Part shown: positions 1 through 9,794 of the stretch, one piece after another
How positions within the stretch are numbered: position 1 is the stretch's first letter
Layout: every line of letters starts with the position of its first letter
Source: Candidatus Poribacteria bacterium
Lineage (GTDB): Bacteria; Poribacteria; WGA-4E; PCPOR2b
Assembly: GCA_965198175.1 (NCBI GenBank)
Contig: OZ240245.1
Location: 1,376,001-1,440,000, forward strand
Length of the DNA stretch: 64,000 nucleotides
Direction of reading: 5' to 3'
Notes under the pieces: model-generated
The model's database searches: none
What the model saw: the letters and a program-made list of their open reading frames with translations, nothing else
What the model was told of the DNA's origin: nothing
Position numbers and translations under genes: made by a program

Positions 1-1353
1 AACGATTATCGCAATTACCGTTCGGATACCGGTGCCGAGATCTTGTGTTCCCGTGACCGCTTCGACCGTGCCATCTGCGTGGATTGTCACGCGCGCTTGC
101 GTTCCTGCGTGTCCGCCGCCGCCCCAGAGTCCGCTTCCCATGCCTATGCCGCGCTTCTTGGCGCCTTTCCCAGCGCCGGGGACTTTGTTGCGTCGGTGCC
201 AGCCGATTTCCTGCGCGCCGAGGGTGTATTCTGCTTGACGCACATCGCTAGAATCGTTGATTCGGCGGAATTCTAACGGATCTATTCCCAGTTTTTCGGC
301 GAGTTCATCCATCAGCGAGTCCATCCCAAACGCGCCTTGAGGGTGTCCGGGCGCGCGCATTGCACGTTCATTCCCGGCGTTAATTGCAACAGCAAACTTC
401 TCAGACCGAACATTTGGAACACTGTAGACATAGGGACCCGTAAAACCAGCGCCACCGCTGATTCCGCCTGTGCCATAGCCTCGCAGGTCGTAAGCGATTA
501 GGCGACCATCTTTCGTCGCGCCCGCACGGACGCGCTGTGTCATTGACGGGCGATTACCTGCGACAAGATGCTCATCTTTGCGCGTTAGCATCAATTTCAC
601 CGGCGCTCCGGCTTTTCGGGCAAGTTCCGCCGCTGCACGTCCTTCGACACCGGGGCTAAACTTACTTCCGAAACCGCCCCCCATGTGCTCAGTGATGATG
701 CGGACCTTGTCTTCAGGTATTTTAAAGTGTTGGGCAAAATCTCGGCGTGTCCCAAACACCGCCTGTGTCGAAGCCCAAACGGTCAGGTTATCCCCGTCCC
801 ATTCGGCAACGTGCCCATGGGTTTCAAGACAGACATGGGTTTGAACGGGTGCGCTATAAGTCGTCTCCACTTCCACGACCGCCTCAGCAAAGCCGGCTTC
901 GACGTCCCCGCGTTCCTCAATGCTAGGTTGACTCTGATTCCGGAGCCAATCATCGCGAATTTGTGGTGCATCCTCACCCATTGCCTCTTCAACATCGACG
1001 ACAAAGGGAAGGTCCTCAAAGTCGTACTGAATTAACCGAGCCGCATCATTTGCAATGTCGTCTGTGATTGCAGCAACTGCGGCGATTTCCTGCCCTTCGT
1101 AGCGTAGGCGTTTGCCGGGTTCAATCAGCGGGATGGCAGCTTTGACACCAGGCAGCGCTTCCGCCTCGCTGAGATCGATAGCCGTAATCGTCGCATGTGC
1201 AACCGGTGACCGCAGAATTCGACCGTAAAGCATTCCCGGCCGATTGATGTCGAACGTGTACTTTGCTTTCCCCGTGACTTTATCCGCGCCTGACAAACGA
1301 GGGATACGTTTTCCAATCAGGCGTGTTTCATGTGCTTCTCCCCACGATGCCAT
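1..1353 (-). CDS. Xanthine dehydrogenase/aldehyde oxidoreductase family molybdopterin-binding subunit (runs off window edge)
   Basis: Missing from the ORF track because it has no stop inside the window. Manual translation from ATG at 1353 gives MASWGEAHETRLIGKRIPRLSGADKVTGKAKYTFDINRPGMLYGRILRSPVAHA, and later GGGFGSK and MRAPGHPQG motifs. Directly follows the 2Fe-2S gene. Confidence 0.92.
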   Translation of the reverse strand, partial: MASWGEAHETRLIGKRIPRLSGADKVTGKAKYTFDINRPGMLYGRILRSPVAHATITAIDLSEAEALPGVKAAIPLIEPGKRLRYEGQEIAAVAAITDDIANDAARLIQYDFEDLPFVVDVEEAMGEDAPQIRDDWLRNQSQPSIEERGDVEAGFAEAVVEVETTYSAPVQTHVCLETHGHVAEWDGDNLTVWASTQAVFGTRRDFAQHFKIPEDKVRIITEHMGGGFGSKFSPGVEGRAAAELARKAGAPVKLMLTRKDEHLVAGNRPSMTQRVRAGATKDGRLIAYDLRGYGTGGISGGAGFTGPYVYSVPNVRSEKFAVAINAGNERAMRAPGHPQGAFGMDSLMDELAEKLGIDPLEFRRINDSSDVRQAEYTLGAQEIGWHRRNKVPGAGKGAKKRGIGMGSGLWGGGGHAGTQARVTIHADGTVEAVTGTQDLGTGIRTVIAIIV

Positions 1354-1357
1354 TCGT

Positions 1358-2008
1358 CTAACCTCCCATCTTACGCGAAGCAGTTTTCACTGCCTCAAAG
1401 ATAAACGGATAGGTGCCACATCGACAGATGTTGCCGGACAACCCTCCCTTGATTTCTTCGAGGGTTGGAGCCGGGTTGTCATCTAGCAACGACTTCGACG
1501 CCACAACAAAGCCCGGTGTGCAGAACCCGCACATCAGGGCGTCGTGTTGAATAAACGCTTCCTGCACAGGGTGCAACTGATCGCCGTTCGCAAGCCCTTC
1601 GACCGTCGTGACGTGTTTCCCTGCGGAATCAATCGCAAGCATCATGCAGGAGTAGACCGGTTTCCCGTCCACCTGTACTGTACAGCCGCCGCACTCCCCG
1701 CGATCACAGATGGGCTTTGCGCCAGTCAAATCAATGCGTTTGCCGCTGGTGTCGATTCCGTCCCGAAGCACACTCAACAGCGTCGCACGCGGTTCAACTT
1801 CAACCTCATGCGTTTCATTGTTAATATGGAGCTTGATTTTGGCGTGGGTAATCGCTTCACCCATTTGGGCGTTCGCCGATCTTTCAACACTGACGAACGC
1901 AGTCGGTGCAACCGTCGCTGCAACCGCGCCAGTACCCATACCTTTCAGGAAACCCCGTCGCGAGATGACGGATTCACTTTTCTGATCTAGATCTTTTTCT
2001 TTTGCCAT
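1358..2008 (-). CDS. (2Fe-2S)-binding small subunit of a molybdo-oxidoreductase (YagT/PaoA/CoxS-like) with Tat signal
   Basis: SRRGFLK twin-arginine motif; CDRGECGGC, CGFCTPG and NICRCG cysteine motifs. Confidence 0.93.
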   Translation of the reverse strand: MAKEKDLDQKSESVISRRGFLKGMGTGAVAATVAPTAFVSVERSANAQMGEAITHAKIKLHINNETHEVEVEPRATLLSVLRDGIDTSGKRIDLTGAKPICDRGECGGCTVQVDGKPVYSCMMLAIDSAGKHVTTVEGLANGDQLHPVQEAFIQHDALMCGFCTPGFVVASKSLLDDNPAPTLEEIKGGLSGNICRCGTYPFIFEAVKTASRKMGG

Positions 2009-2082
2009 GTCCCCCTCCGTAACCTATAGAATTATAGGGGTGTCACAAAAATTCGCTTAGTCCGCTGAAGATAACAGACTGA

Positions 2083-2111
2083 ATTTATCACATTCCGTCA
2101 TCTTTGTCAAG
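2083..2111 (-). promoter_or_regulatory. Sigma70-type promoter for the oxidoreductase operon
   Basis: Minus strand reads TTGACA-17 nt-TAAATT. Confidence 0.5.
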
Positions 2112-2426
2112 CGAAAAGCACGATAAGGAGAAAAGTGTTCAAAAAGAGAAATGGCATAAAAATTGCTATTTTGACGGTATGTTGATTCGTAAAGCGTTCT
2201 AGCTTATTTCTACCCGCGCAGGGTGAGTAACACTATAGCAAAGTAATTAGTGGTTAAGTGAATGCCGCCGACACCAGTTGTCCAAGGTTTCGGACCGATA
2301 ATTGAGACGGCCAAATGAAAATTATACATGATGAAGCGATTCGCTAACCGAGATTCATACCGCTGCACCAAAATGTGCACTAAAGTGCACCAAACGGTGC
2401 AACTTAATTTTTTGAGGGAGGGTACC

Positions 2427-4610
2427 GTGAAGAAAAATCTGTTTAAACTCGCATTTCTGATATTGAGCGCATTGTACTTTTGGACAGACATTGCGAAGGG
2501 ACACCCATTTCCTGAACAGCCGACTATGCGCCTAGGTAAGGGGCGTATCAGCCGTATTGCCTACTCCCCCGACGGGAAGCTACTTGGAGCCGCGGGAAGC
2601 GTCGGTGTCTGGCTGTATGACGCTGAAACCATGACTGACGTTGGGTTGTTAGAGAGCGCACCCGACCACCTTTATTCGCTTGCCTTCAGCCCGGATGGAA
2701 AGACGCTTGCAGCGGGCAGTGCCTACAAGGCGGTGCAACTGTGGAATATCGAAGACCGGCGAAAAATCGAGGTATTGACAGATTTTTGGGGGCGTGCTTC
2801 GCCAGTCGCCTTCAGTCCCGACGGGAGGCGACTAGCGGTAAAGGAAAACAGGGGTATTCACCTGTGGGACATCAGGAAAAAAGAATCAATCACTGTTTTC
2901 AAACCGGAGGAAGGTTCATCCTCATTCGCCTTCAGCCCGACGGGAGAGATTATTGCGGAAAATGTCGGTAGTATCATTCGCTTGTGGGATGCGGGGCAGC
3001 AACGTGAACTAGGGATATTGGAGGGACATACAGATTGGGTTTTGTTTGTCGATTTTAGCCCCGATGGGCGGACGCTCGTGTCGGGCGGAGTGGATTGGAC
3101 GGTACGGCTGTGGGATGTAGCCAATCGAAAACAGATCAATCTTTTGAATCGAGCCGCTGTTAATGGTAGGTTTAGCCCTGACGGAAAAATCCTCGCTTTG
3201 AGTTTTGATGACATAATGCTCTGGGACGTGTTTCAGCAGAAGGTAATTGGTGTGATATCGTGCGAGATGGAAGGAGGTGTTTCTTCGCTTGTATTTAGTC
3301 CCGACGGCAAACGGCTGGCGGCAATCTCGGGTTGGGATTATGATGAAATGCGCATAGGTGTTTGGGATGTTGCGTCCCTGGAATATGTCGCAGGAATCAA
3401 CGAACACGCGGAATTGATTGAATTCAAAATGTTCAGTGCGGACAGTAAAAACCTTGTTTCAAGCGGAGATTCGATTCGTCTGTGGGATATTGAACGACGT
3501 GAGGTGTTCAGTTCACTCCAAGTCGGTTTTGCTGACCCGATTGTGCTCAGTCCCGATGGAAAACTCATCGCTTATGTCGTTCATGAGGAAGGAGACAATC
3601 GAATTCAGTTGTGGGATATACGGCATCAGAGACGAATCGACAGTTGGGACGGTCACCTACGAGAGATTTCGATGCTCACCTTTAGTCCCGATGGAAAGAC
3701 GCTTGCTTCAGGAGGCGGGGGGAATAAGACGATTCGTCTCTGGAGGGTCGAAACACGCAAGATGGTAGATGAGTTGAAACCTATCATCCTGCCGACGGTA
3801 GCTCTCCGTTTCACACCCGATGGAAAGACGCTCATCTCCGTTGGTAGAAAGGCGACATCGTTGTGGAACATTGAAACGAGGGAAGACATTGGGCGGCTGA
3901 AACAGGGGGCATTGAATGCAACTGCCTTGAGTCCCGATGGACGCATCCTTGCTTCAGCCAAACGAAACGTTCACTTGTGGGACGTACGAGAGCAGAAGCA
4001 GATTCGGAGCTCATCAGCGAATGTGTATCCGAATGTGCTTGCCTTCAGCCCCGATGGAAAGTTCCTCGCCTCAGGCCACGGTGCCTTGGGATTTACGCGT
4101 GATTCAGCCGTTCGGATTTGGGATGTCGAAACACTGGAGTTGGTCGCTGAACTGCTTGGCCATACTGGTGGAGTGAGCTCCGTTGCTTTCAGTTGTGATG
4201 GAAAATGGCTTGCTTCCAGCGGAAGCGACCTTACAACTCTGCTCTGGAAGGTGAATCTGCCGGTTCCAATTGCAATCGAGTCCGAAGGAAAACGGGCGAT
4301 TCTGCTTGGCGGCCTCAAGCGGACCATGCTGCTGCAAAACTTCCCGAACCCGTTTAACCCTGAGACGTGGATGCCTTACTACCTCACCGAGGATGCGTCC
4401 GTAGCAATCCAGATTTGCGACGCGCAAGGCAATCTGGTACGCATACTCGATCTAGGACAAAATTCGGCGGGTGCATATCTCTCAAGGGATACCGCGGCTT
4501 ACTGGGATGGGAGAAACAGTAGTGGAGAAGCGGTGGCAAGCGGCGTCTACTTTTACCGTCTTCGGGCGGGTGAGTTCGAGGCAACGCGCCGTATGCTCAT
4601 GGTCAAATAG
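2427..4610 (+). CDS. Secreted WD40-repeat protein with C-terminal FlgD-Ig/T9SS type A-like domain
   Basis: GTG start after GAGGGAG; signal peptide; many 'FSPDG..LAS...VRLWD' repeats; tail LLQNFPNPFNPETW...YWDGRNSSGEAVASGVYFYRL. Confidence 0.9.
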   Translation: MKKNLFKLAFLILSALYFWTDIAKGHPFPEQPTMRLGKGRISRIAYSPDGKLLGAAGSVGVWLYDAETMTDVGLLESAPDHLYSLAFSPDGKTLAAGSAYKAVQLWNIEDRRKIEVLTDFWGRASPVAFSPDGRRLAVKENRGIHLWDIRKKESITVFKPEEGSSSFAFSPTGEIIAENVGSIIRLWDAGQQRELGILEGHTDWVLFVDFSPDGRTLVSGGVDWTVRLWDVANRKQINLLNRAAVNGRFSPDGKILALSFDDIMLWDVFQQKVIGVISCEMEGGVSSLVFSPDGKRLAAISGWDYDEMRIGVWDVASLEYVAGINEHAELIEFKMFSADSKNLVSSGDSIRLWDIERREVFSSLQVGFADPIVLSPDGKLIAYVVHEEGDNRIQLWDIRHQRRIDSWDGHLREISMLTFSPDGKTLASGGGGNKTIRLWRVETRKMVDELKPIILPTVALRFTPDGKTLISVGRKATSLWNIETREDIGRLKQGALNATALSPDGRILASAKRNVHLWDVREQKQIRSSSANVYPNVLAFSPDGKFLASGHGALGFTRDSAVRIWDVETLELVAELLGHTGGVSSVAFSCDGKWLASSGSDLTTLLWKVNLPVPIAIESEGKRAILLGGLKRTMLLQNFPNPFNPETWMPYYLTEDASVAIQICDAQGNLVRILDLGQNSAGAYLSRDTAAYWDGRNSSGEAVASGVYFYRLRAGEFEATRRMLMVK

Positions 4611-4764
4611 AACACGCCCAATGGACCGGTGACGCGCAACTTTCGATAAAACCGAGAGGTAAATCGAGCGTGTTGTTCTTACATTCCTAATTATGTTAGA
4701 ATACGTCTTGCTGATATGACGCTAACTAAGTTGAAAACTTAGAAAGATGTGCGAGGATAAAGTC

Positions 4765-5229
4765 ATGGAATACAAAATTCCAATGCGTATCGTTGTTGTG
4801 AATCCTCCAGTCGGAGTCAATTTCTCTCTGGAAAACAACGGAAATTTGGTTTCGGTTGCCCAATCTACAGGGAGTGATATCACGTTCGATTTTGACGCGA
4901 TTGTGAAAGCGCGTCGCAACACAGGTCTTCCTGACGTTACAGGGGCATTCGCACGAGGAACGCCCTCGAAACCGTTCTTCTACATCAATATCGGGGAAAT
5001 GGCAGGTCAGGCGGACTGTAAATGGAGCAGAAGGGCAAAAATCTGGATTTCATCGGGCTATCCAAAATTTAACGTCCAGGAGGAAGTGACTTGGCAAATG
5101 GTGAAAGAGGTGTCCCAGAATCCGATTAAGGTGCTCATGGCGAGGTATATGGGAACAGATGAGGAAGGTGGACCTCGTTGTGCCAGTATTGAGCTTATAG
5201 ATGGTGGATGGGTTGTTGCAGATAGGTGA
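4765..5229 (+). CDS. DUF5990-like protein
   Basis: RIVVVNPP..., FYINIG..AGQ...WSRRAKI and GGP.CA motifs, recalled as typical of the family; GAGGA RBS. Confidence 0.7.
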   Translation: MEYKIPMRIVVVNPPVGVNFSLENNGNLVSVAQSTGSDITFDFDAIVKARRNTGLPDVTGAFARGTPSKPFFYINIGEMAGQADCKWSRRAKIWISSGYPKFNVQEEVTWQMVKEVSQNPIKVLMARYMGTDEEGGPRCASIELIDGGWVVADR

Positions 5230-5264
5230 TTGCCCACAACTCAAACTACGGGAAATCCAGCGTA

Positions 5265-5292
5265 ATGGTTCATAATGTCACTTAGGTCAAAA
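5265..5292 (+). other. dif/Xer-like recombination site (best of several)
   Basis: ATGGTTCATAA-TGTCAC-TTAGGTCAAAA. Right arm matches the E. coli XerD arm TTATGTTAAAT at 8/11; left arm ends in CATAA like the XerC arm. Confidence 0.5.
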
Positions 5293-5308
5293 CTAAAAGG
5301 AAATAATC

Positions 5309-5923
5309 ATGGAACAGGAAGTGGACATCAACGAAGCGCTGATCCATGCAGCAAAGAACGGCAATTTTGATGAAGCCCGCCGACTAGTCGAACAGGGGGC
5401 AGACGTGAACCACAGCGACATTCCACCATTTTTTTGGGCGTATTTCAAGGGTCACACCGATTTATGCAAGTGGCTGCTCAGTAAAGGTGGTAACATCAAT
5501 CACGATAGATTCAGCGAAATGACGTTGCTAATGAGTGCAACTGTCAGAGGAGATGTGGAGTTCGCGACTTTTCTGATTGATGTAGGCGCGGATGTAAATT
5601 TGCAACTTCCCGCCGGTGGAGAAACGGCATTGCACAAAGCCGCTGTCCGAAATCAACCTGAAACCATGAAACTCCTGATTAAACGCGGCGGTGATGTAAA
5701 TCGACAAACCAAAGTCGGCGGTAGTACAGAGATGGATTTTTTCGGTAAAGTTTGGGGAGAGACACCGCTTCACATTGCCGCTGTAGCGGCCGATAAAGAA
5801 GCAATCAAAGTTTTACTCGATGCTGGTGCTGACAGAACCATCAAGACTGCCAAAGGTGACACTCCATTCGACTATGCACAACGTTATGAAAGACCAGAGG
5901 AAATTATTCGCCTGCTTCAGTAG
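5309..5923 (+). CDS. Ankyrin-repeat protein
   Basis: GETALHKAA, GETPLHIAA, GADVN and GDTPFDYA repeats. Confidence 0.93.
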   Translation: MEQEVDINEALIHAAKNGNFDEARRLVEQGADVNHSDIPPFFWAYFKGHTDLCKWLLSKGGNINHDRFSEMTLLMSATVRGDVEFATFLIDVGADVNLQLPAGGETALHKAAVRNQPETMKLLIKRGGDVNRQTKVGGSTEMDFFGKVWGETPLHIAAVAADKEAIKVLLDAGADRTIKTAKGDTPFDYAQRYERPEEIIRLLQ

Positions 5924-6108
5924 GAGAACGTTTACGCTAGTCCACAAGTGCAATTATCCGCCGAAATGAAACCGATTTGTCAGGGCAGAGCACTTCCCAT
6001 CGGCAAACAGAGGGGCACGCTTATGCCACATCTTGCGCCGCGTATTATTGTGACGGTGTAATTCCCCCCCAAAACTAGACAGTTGAATGACGTAGATCTC
6101 GAACGAAA

Positions 6109-6501
6109 CTAACGACCAGGAGTAAAAGGCTTTTCAAAAAATGAGTCATTGAATTTATAAGAGACCTTTAAATTCTTGCATATAGCTTTGAATAAACGTA
6201 AACGGTCGTCCTGACTCTTGCTTTCGTGGTACTTATTTAAAGCGTTTCGGACCGGGACCGAATCGTGAAATACGACGAATACCTCGTTCAATGCGGCAAA
6301 AAATTCTTCTCGGGAACGCTCCGCATTACTTTCCCGTCCTTCTGCTATGGCAAAACGGTTGCCCAAAAGTCTACGAAAAGTGTCGAATTTTTGCTTGCGG
6401 TTCTCATATTTTCGGTAGAAGCATGATGATACGATGACTCCGATTAACCCAGACAATAGTGAAGCAATTATAGTTACCCAGAATGGGGCCAAAAATCTCA
6501 C
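6109..6501 (-). CDS. DUF6680-like protein with N-terminal membrane anchor
   Basis: N-terminal TM helix; 'FRRLLGNR...ALNEVFVVF' pattern; GGAGGAG RBS. Confidence 0.55.
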   Translation of the reverse strand: MRFLAPFWVTIIASLLSGLIGVIVSSCFYRKYENRKQKFDTFRRLLGNRFAIAEGRESNAERSREEFFAALNEVFVVFHDSVPVRNALNKYHESKSQDDRLRLFKAICKNLKVSYKFNDSFFEKPFTPGR

Positions 6502-6788
6502 CTCCTCCCTACAGAAAGCTAGCAGCGCTGTAAACTGAAGATTGATTATATGAAATTGAGAGTTTTACCTAAGCTCTAAGGTAAAGACCGTCGCTTTGCT
6601 TCTTGATGGGCTGTGGCACATACTGCATCCAAGAAAAACAAATTCTGGATATGGAGAGTCTCTGACAGAAATACCGAATACCTCATTGACTGACAGTGCG
6701 GCGGATGGGATAGGGCAACACTTGAGAAACTCGTCGCCCGCGTTTCTGGGTCGAATATCATAACGTACTATTGGAGGACTACAAGACA

Positions 6789-7453
6789 CTACCATCTGCG
6801 GGTAAAACTCAACCTTCCGGTCAACCTAGTTTGTTCTTCCGCTTTTTTAGTATCATACCCAACAAGTATGCCGAGCGTGTTATTTTCGCCGTAGCCGATG
6901 TTGATTCGCGCACCGAGAATAAAGCTGAGAAGTTTGTCCTCATCGCCTAGACCCAGCACGGCTTCGACTTGGGGACCGACCGCAACGGTCCTGTTCAGGG
7001 AATAGGTAACATAGTTTCGGGTGTAGAGTTCGTTGTCCTTCTTCTCATCAAACACAGAATAGAGGGACCCAATCGTCCACGATTTGAAAAAATCTTGCCT
7101 GTGGGCAGAAAAACAAACAGGTGTGGGAAGATAGCGGAGGGGCCATCTGGCGCCTTATAATCAAACCCAAGACCGAGCATGGGCAGCACCGTGGGGCTAA
7201 AACTGTCGCCTTTAACTGCGGGTATGGAAACACCGAGGTCAAACTCGCCGAGGGTATCGTCAATGTAAATATTCGACTCAAGCGAAATACTGCCGACGCA
7301 GTGGGTCGCCCCGATCAAGAAATGCGTGCCTAAACTATCCGTATCGACTCGGAACCAGCCGGGAATGTAGCATTTTTCGGCTGACGCTTCACCTTCCTCG
7401 CTTTCTGCGTAGACTGAAAAACTCGTAGTGACCAGGATACAAACGATTATCAA
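6789..7453 (-). pseudogene. Frameshifted putative outer-membrane beta-barrel protein (ORFs 6995-7453 and 6789-7055)
   Basis: Adding one T to the T6 run (A6 at 7087-7092 on +) joins ...PTGKIF to FKSWTIGSLYSVFDEKKDNELY...RLSFTRRW. Signal peptide, amphipathic strands, terminal W. Confidence 0.65.
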
Positions 7454-7723
7454 ACATGGGTGAATCTGTACATTTTGCTTTGCTGTCCTTTCTTGTCATC
7501 GAAAAAACTCAGTGTCTGCTCCCTTTCTAGGTGGCAACTTGGCTTAGAATAACCGTTTAAAACCCGTTTTGTCAACGTGCTTCAACGACCGTGCGATGAG
7601 CTTGGTATTGATACCCGCTGCGGCCAGTTTTGAAACCAAAAAATTGGACAAAGCGAATCAACTTGTGCTAAAATACTACCCTGAATTGCCGAATATCGCA
7701 ACGTTTGAAAGAGGTGAGGAGTC

Positions 7724-8026
7724 TTGCAAAACGTTCGAATCCGTTTCCATCCCACCCGCTGGGTGATTTTGATTGGGATCGTTTGTTATCTGATAACGGT
7801 AAGCCTTGTTGCGCTTACACATGAACATGAGCACGACGTTTTCGGTTCAGATCGCTGTTCCGCCTGCTTTTTCAGTGCCAACCACATCGGTATTGAGCCC
7901 CATGCCGTAGACCCCACCAATCTCGATGCCTGCATCTCAACTCACAGCGCCATCAACTTTACTTTCATCTCCACAATCCTTGCCAGCAGCGTCCACAGTC
8001 GTGCCCCGCCAGCGATTTCCGTTTAA
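7724..8026 (+). CDS. DUF2946-like leader peptide (TM, His-rich, CxxC, C-terminal RAPP)
   Basis: TM segment, then THEHEHD, CSAC and HSRAPP; GAGGAG RBS before TTG. Confidence 0.75.
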   Translation: MQNVRIRFHPTRWVILIGIVCYLITVSLVALTHEHEHDVFGSDRCSACFFSANHIGIEPHAVDPTNLDACISTHSAINFTFISTILASSVHSRAPPAISV

Positions 8027-8184
8027 TCTACTCGTTTAACCCATATCTTCTGTCTTTTTTATCCAATCAGTTTCTGTCCTTTCCCGGCTGACTGTATCCA
8101 ATTGCGGCGGTACTTTGCCTATATTTCGCTGATTCATCGGTCGTAATGCTGTGAGAATCAATCTATCTATATTTGGAGGAAATT

Positions 8185-8763
8185 ATGTTTACGCATGCTT
8201 TTAGGTTCACACTGTTGCTACTCGTATCTGTTGCACTATTCGTTGCTTGCGGCGAAGATGACAATCCCATTGTTGACGGTGACCATGACGACGAACCATT
8301 TCATGCCGATGCTGACGGTTTTATCCTCAAGGTTGACGGGAACGAGATTTACCGCCAATTTCAGGGGATGGATGAGGGCAGTATCACGCTCAAAGTCGGA
8401 GACGAACTTGATGTTTTCACCGCGTTCCTTGACCACAATAGCGATGAATTTTTCCCTGAATCTCCGGAGGAGGAAGACGATCACGACCATGACGAACATG
8501 GTGAGGAAGATGTGTTTGCCTTAGCGCTCAGCGGATTTGATTCATCAATCATCGAAGTACACCTCTACGAAGGTGAGGGAGATGAACACGATGAAGCGCA
8601 CGACGAGGAAGGCGAGGAACACGACGATGAGCTTGCCGAGAAATTCACCTTTGAGGTGAAGGGACTTAAAGCCGGTCAAACGGAACTCAAACTTCACCTC
8701 TTGCACGGCGATCATCCCGATTTCACGGCGGCGCTCTTGATTCCCGTAACGGTTACGCCGTAG
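8185..8763 (+). CDS. His/Asp/Glu-rich putative metal-binding lipoprotein
   Basis: Lipobox FVAC; tracts DDHDHDEHGEE and DEHDEAHDEEGEEHDDE; C-terminal LLHGDHPDF. Confidence 0.8.
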   Translation: MFTHAFRFTLLLLVSVALFVACGEDDNPIVDGDHDDEPFHADADGFILKVDGNEIYRQFQGMDEGSITLKVGDELDVFTAFLDHNSDEFFPESPEEEDDHDHDEHGEEDVFALALSGFDSSIIEVHLYEGEGDEHDEAHDEEGEEHDDELAEKFTFEVKGLKAGQTELKLHLLHGDHPDFTAALLIPVTVTP

Positions 8764-8794
8764 TCGGAGTGTCTGCTTGGTAGGTTGTTCTGTC

Positions 8795-8834
8795 GGCTAG
8801 CCAAATCCAACGGTTCATCTGGATTTGGCTAGCC
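8795..8834. terminator. Perfect 15-bp inverted repeat after the lipoprotein gene
   Basis: GGCTAGCCAAATCCA-10 nt-TGGATTTGGCTAGCC; no U-tract, so function uncertain. Confidence 0.5.
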
Positions 8835-8969
8835 AGACCGGCGAATTGATAACTGCCAACCGTACCGGAAGAAATCATTGACAACCGGGGTAGATTTGAT
8901 TTAATATGTCCGTGATGAAACAATCCGCGAAATCCTTTAATCTGCAACCAGATTGTGAGGTAGGCTGAT

Positions 8970-9794
8970 ATGCAAAGTCCAGAATTGGATAGATACGCAC
9001 ACTTCAAAGTCAATCCTTTCTTCAAGGAAGTAGGTGTGTATATTATCAATGGCGACACTTGTAAACCCAATCTGTTTACAGGAGAATTTATCGACCTAAT
9101 CGTTACATCACCGCCGTACAATGTCGGTATCAATTACGACTCCAATGATGACACGATAAGTTATGAAGATTACCTCGATTTTAGTAGGCAGTGGATAGGG
9201 AATTGCTACAAATGGAGCAAACCGCACGCTCGCCTACTACTGAACATTCCACTCGATAAAAACAAGGGTGGTCATCGTAGCGTTGGCGCTGATCTCACCA
9301 CAATTGCACAGGAGGTGGGTTGGAACTACCACGCCACAATTGTCTGGAATGAAGGAAATATCTCTCGTCGAACGGCGTGGGGCTCATGGATGTCCGCGTC
9401 TGCCCCCTTTGTCATTGCCCCTGTTGAGTTAATTGTCATTTTGTATAAGGATTCTTGGAAGAAGCAGCTTGGCAGTAAAGAGTCAGATGTATCACGGGAT
9501 GAGTTTATAGCATGGACAAATGGGGTATGGACTTTTAACGGTGAGAGTAAAAAAAGGGTAGGGCACCCCGCTCCCTTTCCGCGTGAGTTGCCCTATCGCT
9601 GCATCAAGTTATTCAGCTACGTCGGGGACGTTGTATTCGATCCCTTTTTGGGAAGTGGTACGACCTTAGTGGAGGCACATAATAACAGCCGAATCGGCGT
9701 TGGCGTTGAAATTGACACGGGCTATTGCGAATTGGCTCAGAAGCGGATTATGGATGGTCGGACTTTGTTTGCAACGTTGAGAGAATCAGAATGA
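8970..9794 (+). CDS. Site-specific DNA methyltransferase, beta class (N4-cytosine/N6-adenine)
   Basis: TSPPYN (motif IV) precedes HPAPFP and DPFLGSGTT (motif I). Confidence 0.95.
   Translation: MQSPELDRYAHFKVNPFFKEVGVYIINGDTCKPNLFTGEFIDLIVTSPPYNVGINYDSNDDTISYEDYLDFSRQWIGNCYKWSKPHARLLLNIPLDKNKGGHRSVGADLTTIAQEVGWNYHATIVWNEGNISRRTAWGSWMSASAPFVIAPVELIVILYKDSWKKQLGSKESDVSRDEFIAWTNGVWTFNGESKKRVGHPAPFPRELPYRCIKLFSYVGDVVFDPFLGSGTTLVEAHNNSRIGVGVEIDTGYCELAQKRIMDGRTLFATLRESE

Noticed and set aside
6057..6085. IS3-family terminal repeat remnant (TGTAATTCCCCCCCAAAACTAGACA); similar hint at ~53776
   Set aside because: Resemblance from memory only; no partner end or transposase nearby.
6565..6795. Small ORFs between DUF6680 and the barrel pseudogene
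   Set aside because: No RBS or recognisable family; possibly a decayed cassette.
4610..6800. Classical integron attC sites
   Set aside because: No convincing RYYYAAC...GTTRRRY pairs with a long complementary stem, genes lie on both strands, and there is no intI in the window.
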